DNA of 64,000 nucleotides from an uncultured delta proteobacterium (lineage in GTDB: Bacteria; Myxococcota_A; Polyangia; Palsa-1104). Under the pieces are notes generated by a model. The model worked only from the letters and a program-made list of their open reading frames with translations, was not told the origin of the DNA and did not search any database. Numbering within the stretch: position 1 is the first letter of the stretch; each line of letters starts with the position of its first letter. Position numbers and translations under genes: made by a program. The stretch lies in NCBI GenBank assembly GCA_963785725.1, contig CAWAWS010000003.1, positions 96,001 to 160,000 on the forward strand, written 5' to 3'. Positions 1 through 10,385 of this stretch are shown piece by piece.

Positions 1-1
1 G

Positions 2-88
2 CTCGAGCTGCAAGACCTGTTCGTCGCGCAGACGAAGCCGATGACGGCGTCGGGGCCGATCTTGCACGTGCTCGGGGGCGGCAAGTGA
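2..88 (+). CDS. 3' end of an upstream gene (partial)
   Basis: Frame LELQDLFVAQTKPMTASGPILHVLGGGK* ends in a GTGA overlap with the start of the next gene. Confidence 0.6.
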   Translation, partial: LELQDLFVAQTKPMTASGPILHVLGGGK

Positions 89-2526
89 CACGCGCGGCGC
101 CGACGACGCCCGTTGCCGCCGACGAAGCCATCCGCGCCTGGCAGCTCGACGAGCTGTTGACGACGCCGGGCCTGCGCCTCCTCTCGCTCGACTGCTTCGA
201 TACGCTCTTGTGGCGCCAAACGGCCGAGCCGGTCGACGTCTTTTTCGACATGCAAAAGAGCGCGGCGTTCAAGGCGCGCGGCTACACGGCGCGCATGCGC
301 GCGCTCACCGAGCAGCAAGCGCGCCAGCTGCAGCGCCTGCGCAAAGGGCGCGGCGAAGTGGCGCTGGCCGACATCTATCGCGCGGCGTTTGCCGACCTCG
401 GCGCCGACGAATCGCGCGCGCTGGCCGCCGCCGAGCTCGAGGCCGAGAAGGCCGCGTGCTACGCCTTTCCGCCCGTCGTCGAGCTGATCCGCAAGGCCAA
501 GCAACAGGCGCTGCGCGTCGTCATCGTCAGCGACACCTACTTCGGCGAGACCGAGCTGCGCGCGCTCTTGCAGAGCTGCCTGCCCGGCGACGTCTACGCC
601 ATGATCGATCGCGTCTTCTGCTCGTCCGATCACGTCCGCGGCAAGACCGAAGGGCTCTTTCGCACGGTGCTCGAGCGCATGAAGGTGCCGGCGTCGGCGA
701 CGATGCATCTCGGCGACAACCGCGCCGCCGATCTCGTCGCGCCGCGCAAGCTGGGCATGTTGGCGCGCCACTTCGTGCATCAAGGCGACAACGAGGCCGA
801 GCTCTTGCGCTTGCAGGGCACGGCCGCGAGCATGCTCCTGCCCGAGCTGCGCGCCGTCGAGCCGATGCCGAGCCCATTTCGTCCGCTGTTGGCGCTGGCG
901 CCGTCGACGACCGGCGGCGATTTCTTGGGTTACGCCGGCGCGGGCCCGATCTTGTACTCGTTCGCACGCTTCGTGCTCGACGAGATCGCCGCCTTGCGCG
1001 CGGCGGGCAAGCGCGTCAAGCCGCTGTTCTTGATGCGCGACGGCCATCTGCCGCAGCTCGTCTGCGACGCCGTCGCCGGCCACGGCGTCGGCCACGCCAT
1101 GGCCGTCAGCCGCCGCGTCGCCTACGCCGCCACCTTTCGCAGCGCCGCCGACATCGAGCGCTATCTGTCGCGCTTTGGCACCGCCGAGCGCGCCGACGCC
1201 ATCGCGCGCCAGCTGCTCTTGAACGAACGCGAGACGCAGGCGCTCATCGACAAGCTCGCCGGCGAGGCGCTGCCCGATCTGACGATGGCGGCGTGGCTCC
1301 TGCGACCGGCGATGGTGCAGACGATCGTCGAGCGCTCGACCGCGGCGCGGCAGCAGCTCTATCGCTACGTCGAGCGCACCTGCGGCCTCGAGGCCGGCGA
1401 CACGCTCCTGTTCGTCGATCTCGGCTACGAAGGCACGGCGCAACGGCAGCTGGAGCCGGTGTTTCGCGAGGAAAAGGGCGTCGAGATCCTCGGCCGCTAC
1501 CTCTTGTCGTCGCCCATCGCCGGCGGACAGGCGACGCGCAAAGGGCTCGTCGACGCCTCCTGGTGCGATCCGCGCGCCATCGCCACCTTGGTTCGCTACA
1601 TCGCCGTCCTCGAGAACATCTGCACCAGCGACGGCGGCAGCGTCGTCGGCTACGAAGATGACGGCACGCCCGCGACGGCGCCGGTGCTCCTCGATCGCGC
1701 CCAGCTGCACAAGCTCGTCGGCGTGCAAGCCCGCTGCGTGCAGTTCGCGCGCGACGCCGAGACGCTCTTTACGACGACCGGCAAGCGTCCGACCGTGGGC
1801 GCGCTCGGCGCCACGACCGTCGGCGCGCTCGGCCGCCTCCTGTTCTTGCCGAGCGAGACCGAGGTCGGCTTCTTGGCCGGCTTCCGCCTCGACCTGAACA
1901 TGGCCACCGACGACACGATGGCGCTGTTCGATCGCGACGCGGCGCTGGCGGGCCTGCGGCAGCGCGGCCTCTTCTTCATGGAGCAGGACTTGAAGAGCAT
2001 GCGGCTCAATTACCCGACCGAGCTGCGCGCGACGGGGATCGAGCTGTCGATGACGATGTTGGCGCAAAATCGCTACGAGCTGACCTTCTCGGCGCCCGAT
2101 TTGACGCATCGCCGGGAACGCGTCGACGTCATGCTGGCGCGCGACGGTCGCCCGGTGATGGCGCAGCTGACGGCGCCGGCGACCTATGACGGCTGCTTCG
2201 CGCTCCTCGTGCCGATGGGCAGCTGCGATCGTCAGGTCGGTCTCAGCTTCGGTCGCCAGTACGAGTGGCTGCAGCTGGAGACGGCGCAGCTGATCGCTGC
2301 CGACGAAGTCCTCGGCGATCGCGAGTCACAGCACTCCGAAGACGTGCGCGCGCAGCTGTTGCCGCAAGGCATGACCGAGCACGCGCCCGGCCTCCTGCAG
2401 TGCGCCGGGCCGGACGCGTTCCTCTTCTTCGCGCCCGAGCCGCGCAAAGGCGCGACGCGCTACGTCCTGCGCGTCGTCTTTCGCCCCATCGCCCGCCGCC
2501 GCACCGCCGTCGCCAAAGCCGCTTAG
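85..2526 (+). CDS. HAD-superfamily hydrolase-like protein
   Basis: HAD motifs LDCFDTLL, VSD, K and GDNRAAD; later DLGYEGT motif; GC-rich third codon positions. Confidence 0.75.
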   Translation: MTRAAPTTPVAADEAIRAWQLDELLTTPGLRLLSLDCFDTLLWRQTAEPVDVFFDMQKSAAFKARGYTARMRALTEQQARQLQRLRKGRGEVALADIYRAAFADLGADESRALAAAELEAEKAACYAFPPVVELIRKAKQQALRVVIVSDTYFGETELRALLQSCLPGDVYAMIDRVFCSSDHVRGKTEGLFRTVLERMKVPASATMHLGDNRAADLVAPRKLGMLARHFVHQGDNEAELLRLQGTAASMLLPELRAVEPMPSPFRPLLALAPSTTGGDFLGYAGAGPILYSFARFVLDEIAALRAAGKRVKPLFLMRDGHLPQLVCDAVAGHGVGHAMAVSRRVAYAATFRSAADIERYLSRFGTAERADAIARQLLLNERETQALIDKLAGEALPDLTMAAWLLRPAMVQTIVERSTAARQQLYRYVERTCGLEAGDTLLFVDLGYEGTAQRQLEPVFREEKGVEILGRYLLSSPIAGGQATRKGLVDASWCDPRAIATLVRYIAVLENICTSDGGSVVGYEDDGTPATAPVLLDRAQLHKLVGVQARCVQFARDAETLFTTTGKRPTVGALGATTVGALGRLLFLPSETEVGFLAGFRLDLNMATDDTMALFDRDAALAGLRQRGLFFMEQDLKSMRLNYPTELRATGIELSMTMLAQNRYELTFSAPDLTHRRERVDVMLARDGRPVMAQLTAPATYDGCFALLVPMGSCDRQVGLSFGRQYEWLQLETAQLIAADEVLGDRESQHSEDVRAQLLPQGMTEHAPGLLQCAGPDAFLFFAPEPRKGATRYVLRVVFRPIARRRTAVAKAA

Positions 2527-2534
2527 CGGCGCAT

Positions 2535-4027
2535 TTACATTCCGATCTGCAAGCGCATCAGCAGCGCGATCTCCGGCAGGCGGTTGTAGCCCATCGCCGC
2601 GCCGCCGGTGAAGTCGCTGCGCTCGAACGCCCACATCAGCTTCGTGTACGGCGTCATATGCCAGTTGAGCCCGACGCCGAGCTCGCGCACGTTGCGCACG
2701 CTGACGTTGGGATCGGCGAACGTCGGAAACGCGTTGGGATCGAGCCGCAGCTCGGAGTAACGCGCCGTGAGCTCCCACGCGCCCAGATTCCACGTATGGA
2801 AATCGACCGGGTGGCGCACCGCGATGCGATCCGACGAGGCGCGCTCCATCGTCAGCACGAAGCGCGCCGTCAGGTTCCAGGCGTGATTGTCGAGCTGCGC
2901 CACCGTGTCCGCGTGCTTGACCCGCTGCGACGACAGCACATATTCGGCCAACAGCGCGAAGGGGCCGATATACCACTCGAGCTGCGGCGCCAGACGCCAG
3001 CGCAAGCCGTCCGCCAACACCGCCGGCGTGGCCGCGCTCATCGTGCTCGGAATCGCCGTCGTCGCCGCCAAATAGGTGAAGATGGGCACGAGCGACGTCG
3101 ACTTGTACGTCGGCAGCGCCGACGCCGCCGCCGTGCCTTCGGGCGTGCCGTAGCTGGCGGCGACGCCGAAGCCGAGATCGCTGATCGACGCGCGTTTCCA
3201 CGGCTTGAGCGGCCGAAAGAAGAGGCGCCCGACATAGTCCTTCGACGATTGGATGGCCGTATCGGGCCCGTTTCCCATATCGGCCGCGCCATTGACGATC
3301 GCCGCTTGGTACTCGACGGTACCACCGGCGATATCGCCCAATAACATGACGCCATAGTCACGAAAGGGGACGAGATCGGTCACGAGCGAGCGCTCGACCA
3401 GCGCGATGCCCGAGTCGCGCTCGAGAAACTCGAGGCCGATGGGCACGCGAAAGCGGCCGGCGCGAATGCGTAGCCACGGCCGCGGATGCACCTCGATATA
3501 GGCGTCGGCGACCACCGGCTGGCCCGGCGCCAGCTCCGGCATGAGCCGAAAATCGACGATGCCGAACAGCGTCCCGTCGATATAAGGGCGCGCGCGGCGA
3601 ATGAAGAACGTATCCGCCGCCGGCTGCTTGTCGCCGAAATAGACGTGCGCGTCGAAGTGGAAGACGGCGTGAAAGCGAATCTCGTTCTTGCCGTCGGCGG
3701 TGCCGAACGCGAAGCCGTCGCGACCGAAGTGAAAGCGCGGTCCGGTCGCGCCCGCGGAGTCGGGATGATCGGCGGCGGCGGCGCCTCGCGGCCCGGCGAC
3801 GGCTCCGGCAAGGGCGGCGGCCGGCGCTGCGCGTCGAGCTTGAGCTCGAGCTGCTTTTGGCGAAAGCGCAGCTCGTCGACCTCATTGCGCAGCGCCTCCG
3901 CTTCGGCGGCCGACAGCGGCGCCGGCGGCGGCGGCGGCGGTTGCGGATCCTGCGCCGCCGCGTCGCGGCCGCACATCAAGGAGCCAAACAGCACCGATAG
4001 GGCCAGAGCAATCTCGCGCGACTTCAC
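2535..4027 (-). CDS. OprO/OprP-family phosphate-selective porin, one apparent frameshift in the Pro-rich linker (~3770-3830)
   Basis: Signal peptide and coiled coil (VKSREIALAL...) in one frame; barrel FFIRRARP...DAYIE...GRFRVPIGLE...WELTARYS...GLNW in another. Confidence 0.75.
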
Positions 4028-4921
4028 TGCATCGTTCCTTCCGTTTCGCGCGCGCACGCTCGCCGCGCGCCGAGAGGCACGCGCTCACGCACGTTCGCAG
4101 CAAATGGGAGAGCGCCGCGCGGCGCCACGACGGCGTCGCTCACGACTTACGCGCGTGGCCGGGGAGGCGTGTTACGCGCGTCGCTTTGGGTCCGTTCCGT
4201 TGCTCGGGCCCGCTCGCTGCCGCCGGACGGCGTAGGCGAGTGAAGGACAGGCCACGTTCGCCCTCGACAATACTACCGCGCGGAAACTAACGTCTGCATG
4301 CGGCCGTACACGCTCGTTTCGAATAGACGAATACGCATTTACGACTGCCGAATTCGCATTCGAAATGGCCCTTGCAAATATGCAACGTGGCGACTCGACT
4401 CCCACGCGTGTCCATCGCCGAGACAGGCCGCGCAGCGTCGCGATCAGGCGCGCAAACGAACGTGCACAGTCGATCGCGAAACCGTGATGCGCATTTCAAT
4501 TACGCAATTCGGCGACGACGTAGGATACGCGGTTATCGATGTCGTTCCCGCACTCCATTTAAATTGAAAATATGTCGATTATTTTTCGTCGATATCCGAT
4601 ATCGCGGACGAGAACGCGGACGCGACAGCGGCGACTCGACCGCGCGCGCCGCGCGGCTCGGCAGCCGGAAATCGCCGCGAACGCGCGGCGGCGATCGTTT
4701 CCCGCGATTCAACGATGGTGCACGCAAAGCCGGGTGCGATTCGTCAATCGTTTTCGAATCAGCTTATTTTTGTGGCGCGATCATAACGGTTTGAGCGTGC
4801 GTGCGCTGACGTCGCGAAATGATTGCTTCGTTCGGCCGTCGAATGAAGACCAAAGTAAATTCGAGGACTTCTCGTCGAATCAGCGATCGAATCGCGCGCG
4901 GAAACCGTTACGGTGCATTCC

Positions 4922-7849
4922 ATGAAATCGCCTTTCGCGCGTTGGCTTCCAGTCGCTTCATTGCTGTCGTCATCCCTCTTCGCCGCCGGCTGCGGACCGA
5001 CGGCGGCGCCTCCCGGCAACCACGATCTCGCGATGTCGGCGGCGGATATGGCGCAGGCCGCGCCCATTGGCGGCGATATGGCCGGCGCCGATATGACCGG
5101 CGCCGATATGACGCCGGGCGCGCCCGATCTGCCGGCGCCGGCGCCCAGCCTCGCGCTGTTCGCGGCGCCGACGGGCAGCGGCACCGCCTGCACGCTGGCC
5201 GCGCCCTGCAGCCTCGCCGGCGCGCAGACGGCGGCGCGCGCGCTTTCGCCGACGGCGACGACCGATCTGACGGTCTACTTACGCGGCGGCACCTATCGCC
5301 TGACGCAGCCGCTGCAGCTCGACACGAGCGACTCGGGCGTCAACGGCCATAAGGTCATTTACGCGGCCTATATGAACGAGCAGCCGATCTTGAATGGCGC
5401 GCTGCAGGTGACCGGCTTTACGCAGCTCAACGCCACGAGCAACATCTGGCGGGCGGCGGTGCCGGCGGGAACGCAGGGCCGGCAGCTCTATGTCAACGGC
5501 GTGCGCGCCGAGCGGCCGCACACGCAGCGCGGCAGCATCGCCTTTACGCCGACCGCGCACGGTCTGGCGACGCAGAGCGCGACCACGACGCCGCTCGCGT
5601 GGACGCACGCCGGCATGGAGGTCGCGCAAGACAACGCCTGGAAGCACATGCGCTGCGCCATCTCCAGCATCATCGCCACGACCGACACGACGCCGCTGTC
5701 GGGCTATCCGACGCCGTCGGCGACCGGCGTCACGCTCGTCATCGATCCGGCGTGCTGGACGAACAACGAGCTGGCCGTGCCCCATCCCGGCTATCCGTTC
5801 AACGGCGGCGGCGTGCCGCCCAGCCTCGACAACGTCTCGACGATCGAGAACGTCTACGAGCTGCTCGGCGCCAACGGCGCGACCGGCCAGTTCTACCTCG
5901 ACTCCGCCGGCGGCTTCGTCTACTACGTGCCGCGCACGGGCGAGAACATGGCCACGGCCGACGTCGAGCTGCCGATCACCGAGGCGCTCTTCACCATCAC
6001 CGGCGCGCCCGGCCATCTCGTGCCCAGCAACGACGACGACGCCCGCCTCGCCTACAACGGCAGCTGGGGCTACTACACGGTGCGTCAGCGCGGCGACGTC
6101 AACGACGACGTGCACGGCACCACCGACGGCAACGCCACGGTCGTCTTGTCGTTCACCGGCACCGGCGTCGACGTCTTGACCGAGATCGATCCCGGCGAAG
6201 GCGGCGTCACCGCCACGCTCACCAAGGTCAGCGACGGCAGCACCGTCAACTCCGCCAGCGTCACCGGCAACGGCCCGACGCTCTTGGCGCAGCAGATCCT
6301 CTACTCGGTCGGCAACTTACCGAAGGACGACTACCAGCTCACGCTGCAGAAGTCGGCCGCCGACGGGACCTGGCTCGTCATCGACGGCTTCGTCGTCACG
6401 CCCGACGTCATCGCGCCGGCGCACGACCTGGCCATTCGCGGCCTCGGCTTCGACTACGCGACCTGGCTCGCGCCTTCGACGGGCGGCTACATCGACAACC
6501 AGGCCGGCATCTTGTGGGATCCGACGACGCACGCGCCGATTCGCATTCCGGGCGCGCTGCGCGTTCATCGCGCGACCAACTTGGAGCTGTCGGGCAACAG
6601 CTTTGCGCACCTCGGCGGCGCCGGCGTCGAGCTCGCCGACGGCTCGCAGGCGTCCAAGATCGTCGGCAACCGCTTCGACGACATCTCGGGCGGCGCCATC
6701 AGCGTCGGCGAGGTCGACGACTTCTGGCTCGCCGACAGCGCCGCCGCCGGCGCCGCGCGCATGACGTCGGGCATCACCATCGACGACAACGCCGTCACCA
6801 ACACCGGCGTCGACTGGCACGATACCGTCGCCATCTGGGTCGGCAACTCGCGCACGACGACCATCGCGCACAACTTGGTCGCGCACACGTCCTACACCGG
6901 CATTTCGCTGGGCTGGGGTTGGGGCTGGTCGGCGCCGTGCAACGAGCAGAGCGCCGCCCGTCCCGACGAGCCGTGCCGCCGCGGCACCCACTACAACGGC
7001 GGCAATCAGATCCTCGACAACCGCGTCTACGACGTCATGCGTACGCTGTACGACGGCGGCCCCATCTACACGTTGGGCGAGCAGGAGGTCTTCGGCGGCG
7101 TCACGCCCACCGTCTCCGGCAACGTCATCAGCACCGCCACCAACTGCTTCCACATGATCTATCACGACGAAGGATCGAGCTATTGGCAGACCTACGACAA
7201 CGTCATCTACGACTGCGCGTGCCAGTGGCTCGGCGTGTGGGAGCCGACCGCGCACGACATCGTCGCCGGCGGCAGCGCGCCCAATTACAGCGATAACCCG
7301 CAGGCCGACTCCGACGACGGCACCAACGACACGATTGCGACGCCGACGCTGTTGCCGTTCGGCGCCTGGTCGCCGGCGGTCGAGACCATCGGCACGACGG
7401 CGGGCCTCGAGCCGGCCTACGCCGCGCTGACGCCGAAGACGACGCTGCTCAACGACAGCGACGCGGCGCTGCGCTACTCGTCGGACAGCAGCGGCCCGCA
7501 GTGGGGCGCGCTCGACTTCCGCGGCTACGGCGATTACGAAGACGACGTCCACTACGCGACCGCCAACGGCGCGGCGATGTGGATGAGCTTCAGCGGCACC
7601 GGCATCGCCGTCATCGGCGAGAAGGACGCGAGCCAAGGCACGGTCGAGATCTTCGTCGACGGCGTGTCGCAGGGCATGGTGGATACGTCGTCGAGCACGG
7701 TGCGGCAGCTGCAGCAGACGATCTTCGCGGTGCACACGCTGGCGGCGGGCACGCACACGCTGTCGGTCGTCAAGCGCAGCGGCAGCTACGCGACGATCGA
7801 CGGCATCAAGCTCGACCAAGCCGTCTCCGAAGTCACCGCCACGCCGTAA
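4922..7849 (+). CDS. Secreted lipoprotein with right-handed beta-helix repeats and two carbohydrate-binding-like domains (probable glycoside hydrolase/lyase)
   Basis: Lipobox FAAGC; VYLRGGTYRL, QLYVNG, GQFYLD, DGGPIYTLG and YHDEGS motifs; two NDxD...Y/FxGTG domains. Confidence 0.75.
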   Translation: MKSPFARWLPVASLLSSSLFAAGCGPTAAPPGNHDLAMSAADMAQAAPIGGDMAGADMTGADMTPGAPDLPAPAPSLALFAAPTGSGTACTLAAPCSLAGAQTAARALSPTATTDLTVYLRGGTYRLTQPLQLDTSDSGVNGHKVIYAAYMNEQPILNGALQVTGFTQLNATSNIWRAAVPAGTQGRQLYVNGVRAERPHTQRGSIAFTPTAHGLATQSATTTPLAWTHAGMEVAQDNAWKHMRCAISSIIATTDTTPLSGYPTPSATGVTLVIDPACWTNNELAVPHPGYPFNGGGVPPSLDNVSTIENVYELLGANGATGQFYLDSAGGFVYYVPRTGENMATADVELPITEALFTITGAPGHLVPSNDDDARLAYNGSWGYYTVRQRGDVNDDVHGTTDGNATVVLSFTGTGVDVLTEIDPGEGGVTATLTKVSDGSTVNSASVTGNGPTLLAQQILYSVGNLPKDDYQLTLQKSAADGTWLVIDGFVVTPDVIAPAHDLAIRGLGFDYATWLAPSTGGYIDNQAGILWDPTTHAPIRIPGALRVHRATNLELSGNSFAHLGGAGVELADGSQASKIVGNRFDDISGGAISVGEVDDFWLADSAAAGAARMTSGITIDDNAVTNTGVDWHDTVAIWVGNSRTTTIAHNLVAHTSYTGISLGWGWGWSAPCNEQSAARPDEPCRRGTHYNGGNQILDNRVYDVMRTLYDGGPIYTLGEQEVFGGVTPTVSGNVISTATNCFHMIYHDEGSSYWQTYDNVIYDCACQWLGVWEPTAHDIVAGGSAPNYSDNPQADSDDGTNDTIATPTLLPFGAWSPAVETIGTTAGLEPAYAALTPKTTLLNDSDAALRYSSDSSGPQWGALDFRGYGDYEDDVHYATANGAAMWMSFSGTGIAVIGEKDASQGTVEIFVDGVSQGMVDTSSSTVRQLQQTIFAVHTLAAGTHTLSVVKRSGSYATIDGIKLDQAVSEVTATP

Positions 7850-7916
7850 TCCGCAGCCAAAGAGACTTCGAGCCGACCGACGTGGCCGGCTCGAGGTCTG
7901 ACTCAATCTTCGCCGC

Positions 7917-8672
7917 TCAGCGATCGACCAGCGACAGGGCGCGACGCACGGGCGCGCTCGAGATGTGGATCACCCCGCCGAACGGCCGCTCCAGCTCGAG
8001 CACCAAGAACAGCGCGCCCGCGAGCGACAGCGCGCTGACCAACAGCGCGACGACCACGGTGGCGTTGTGCGGCGCGAACAGGCCGAAGCTGATGAAGAGG
8101 ACGGTCGCCCAGAAGACGAGGATCACGAGGAACGGCGTCGGGATCGAGTGGCGCGTCGACTGCTCGACGAGGAGCCAGCGCGTCTGCCCGAGATCGCTCG
8201 CCAGGTCGAGCGCGCGCGACTGCAAGCGGCGCTGGACGGCGTTGGCCGGTCGCAGCAGCAGCAAGAGATCCTGCGCGCGCTGCAGGTGGACGCCCGGGTC
8301 GACGGGCGCCGCGCCGTGCGCCTCCTGCGGCCAGCGCTCGGCGAGCTTGCCCGCGATGTAGACGCGCAGCTCGTCCCGCGCCTCCGCCGTCTCGGGACCA
8401 TAGCGCAAGAGCAGCCCATCGAGCTGGATCAGGTTGGCGCACGAGTGGGTCACCTCGGTGTCGATCGCGTCGAAGCCGCTCTTGGCCGACGAGACCAACA
8501 GCCCGAGCACCAGCGCGCTCAAGGCGGCCACCGTGCCCATCGACATCTTCACGATGCGCCGCGTCTCTTCGTCGAGGTGATGCGGCGGCAGTCGGCCGCC
8601 GAGGAACATGCCGGCCAGCGCACCGCCGAACACGCAGCCAAATACGATCGCAACGACGACGACCGATGGCAT
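7917..8672 (-). CDS. DUF4239-like membrane protein
   Basis: Four hydrophobic segments; ALVLGLLVSSAK and LELERPFGG motifs. Confidence 0.7.
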   Translation of the reverse strand: MPSVVVVAIVFGCVFGGALAGMFLGGRLPPHHLDEETRRIVKMSMGTVAALSALVLGLLVSSAKSGFDAIDTEVTHSCANLIQLDGLLLRYGPETAEARDELRVYIAGKLAERWPQEAHGAAPVDPGVHLQRAQDLLLLLRPANAVQRRLQSRALDLASDLGQTRWLLVEQSTRHSIPTPFLVILVFWATVLFISFGLFAPHNATVVVALLVSALSLAGALFLVLELERPFGGVIHISSAPVRRALSLVDR

Positions 8673-8678
8673 GATCGA

Positions 8679-10106
8679 TCAAAGGCCCACTTCGGCGGCG
8701 ACGCGACCGGATCTGACCGCCTGCGCCAGCGCCTGGTGGTCGCGCTCGTTCTGGTCGGCGTAGCGCTGCGCGAACGTCGCGACCGCCTCGTCGAAGATGT
8801 CGCGCTTGCCGAGGTAGGCGCTCATCGCGATGCGATCGCCGGAGCGGGCGTGGGCGCGCGCCAGCGTCCAGCCGCACATGCGACCGTAGGCGGCCAGCCC
8901 CGCGGCGTTCATCTTCTCGACCGCCATCGAGCCCTTCCAGTCGCGCAGCTGGCGCACGTAGAAGTCGCGCCGCACGCCGTCGAGGCCGATGGCCGTGCCC
9001 CAGCCGAGAAACATGTCGCTCGCCGCCTGCATCAGCCGCTGCCCGGAGACGACGCGCTCACCGTGGCTGGCGCAGCTGCTGGCGCCGAGGAAACGCTCGA
9101 GCACCGAAGGGTCGGCCTGTTTGGCTTGCAGGAACAGCGGCGCCTGCCAATCGACGCTCAGGAACAGTAAGATCCAACAGCGCGTCCCCACGCTGCCGAC
9201 GCCGACCACCTTGCGGGCGGCTTCGATCATGCGAAACTGCCCGAACAGCGCGCGCCGATGGCTCGCCAGGCTCGCGGAATAGGTGGCCAGCATGTCGCGG
9301 AGCGAGTCCTCGTGGCGGTGCGACATGGCGTCGCCGACGAGCTCGCGCAGCGGGATGATCAGCGGCGGGTCGCTGACGATGCGGCGATCGCCATCGACGA
9401 GCTGCGTGAGCTTGTCGAGCGCATGCGAGCTGTCGTGCTCGAAGGCCTTCTGTTGCATGCGCTCGCACACCTTCTGCTGGGGGCGCTCGAGCAGATGGTT
9501 CTCGTTGATCAGCGCCTCGACATCCAGGCGCGCATACCAGACGTCGAGGTTGGGCTTCATGGCCAGCTCGGTCGTCGCTTCTCGGTAGGCGCGCACCGTC
9601 GCCAGCACCGCCGCGCGCCGCTCTAGCGCCGACATTCCGGTCGAGCGACCGGCGATCTCGAAGCTGGCCGCCAGCCGCTTGACGTCCCATTCCCACGGTC
9701 CCGGCAGCGTCTCGTCGAAGTCGTTGAGGTCGAAGATGAGGTTGCGCTCGGGCGTGCCGAAGCAGCCGAAGTTCACCAAGTGCGCGTCGCCGCACAGCTG
9801 CACGCCCATCCCCGTGGTCGGCGTGCGCGCCAGATCCGCCGCCATCACCAGCGACGCGCCGCGAAAGAAGGCGAACGGCGACGAGAGCATGCGTCCGTTG
9901 CGCACGGGCACCAGCTCCGGCAGCCGCGTTTTCGCCTGCTCCTCGAGGAGCGCGATCGGATCGGGTCGGCCTTCGAGGCTCAGCTCCGCTTGACTGGAGC
10001 GCGGCACCTGCGCGCGCCGCGCCTTGCCCCGAGCCGCGCGTTCGGCGCGCACGCGATAGGCGACATCTTCGCGACCCGCTACATGGCCGTCGGTATGCGG
10101 TTCCAT
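8679..10106 (-). CDS. DUF2252 family protein
   Basis: RMLSSPFAFFRG, CGDAHLVNFG, FDLNDFDE, KVVGVGSVGT and LARAHARSGD motifs. Confidence 0.9.
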   Translation of the reverse strand: MEPHTDGHVAGREDVAYRVRAERAARGKARRAQVPRSSQAELSLEGRPDPIALLEEQAKTRLPELVPVRNGRMLSSPFAFFRGASLVMAADLARTPTTGMGVQLCGDAHLVNFGCFGTPERNLIFDLNDFDETLPGPWEWDVKRLAASFEIAGRSTGMSALERRAAVLATVRAYREATTELAMKPNLDVWYARLDVEALINENHLLERPQQKVCERMQQKAFEHDSSHALDKLTQLVDGDRRIVSDPPLIIPLRELVGDAMSHRHEDSLRDMLATYSASLASHRRALFGQFRMIEAARKVVGVGSVGTRCWILLFLSVDWQAPLFLQAKQADPSVLERFLGASSCASHGERVVSGQRLMQAASDMFLGWGTAIGLDGVRRDFYVRQLRDWKGSMAVEKMNAAGLAAYGRMCGWTLARAHARSGDRIAMSAYLGKRDIFDEAVATFAQRYADQNERDHQALAQAVRSGRVAAEVGL

Positions 10107-10385
10107 GGAGCCAACAAATGCATCCGCAGTGCCGATAGCGACGGCGGGCCGCGGACAGCCATTCGCGACTTGCCGGGGAAGTGCGGTTCGCGCGGTAGCC
10201 GTGGGCGCGTTCGCCGAGCAGCGCGGGCCTTCGATGCCGGCCGCTCGCACGGGCCGCGAGGAGGCGATCGGTCAATCCAAGCGGGAGGGATTGCGGCAGG
10301 AAGCGAGCGAACATCGAAGCGGAAGGGGAATTGAAGCCTCGGCGCGTTTGCGGCTGTCGTGTCTGCCGGCGACGTTCGCGGAGCG

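Noticed and set aside
4290..4900. ncRNA or Pho boxes in the AT-richer divergent intergenic region
   Set aside because: No convincing repeat, fold or box spacing seen by eye
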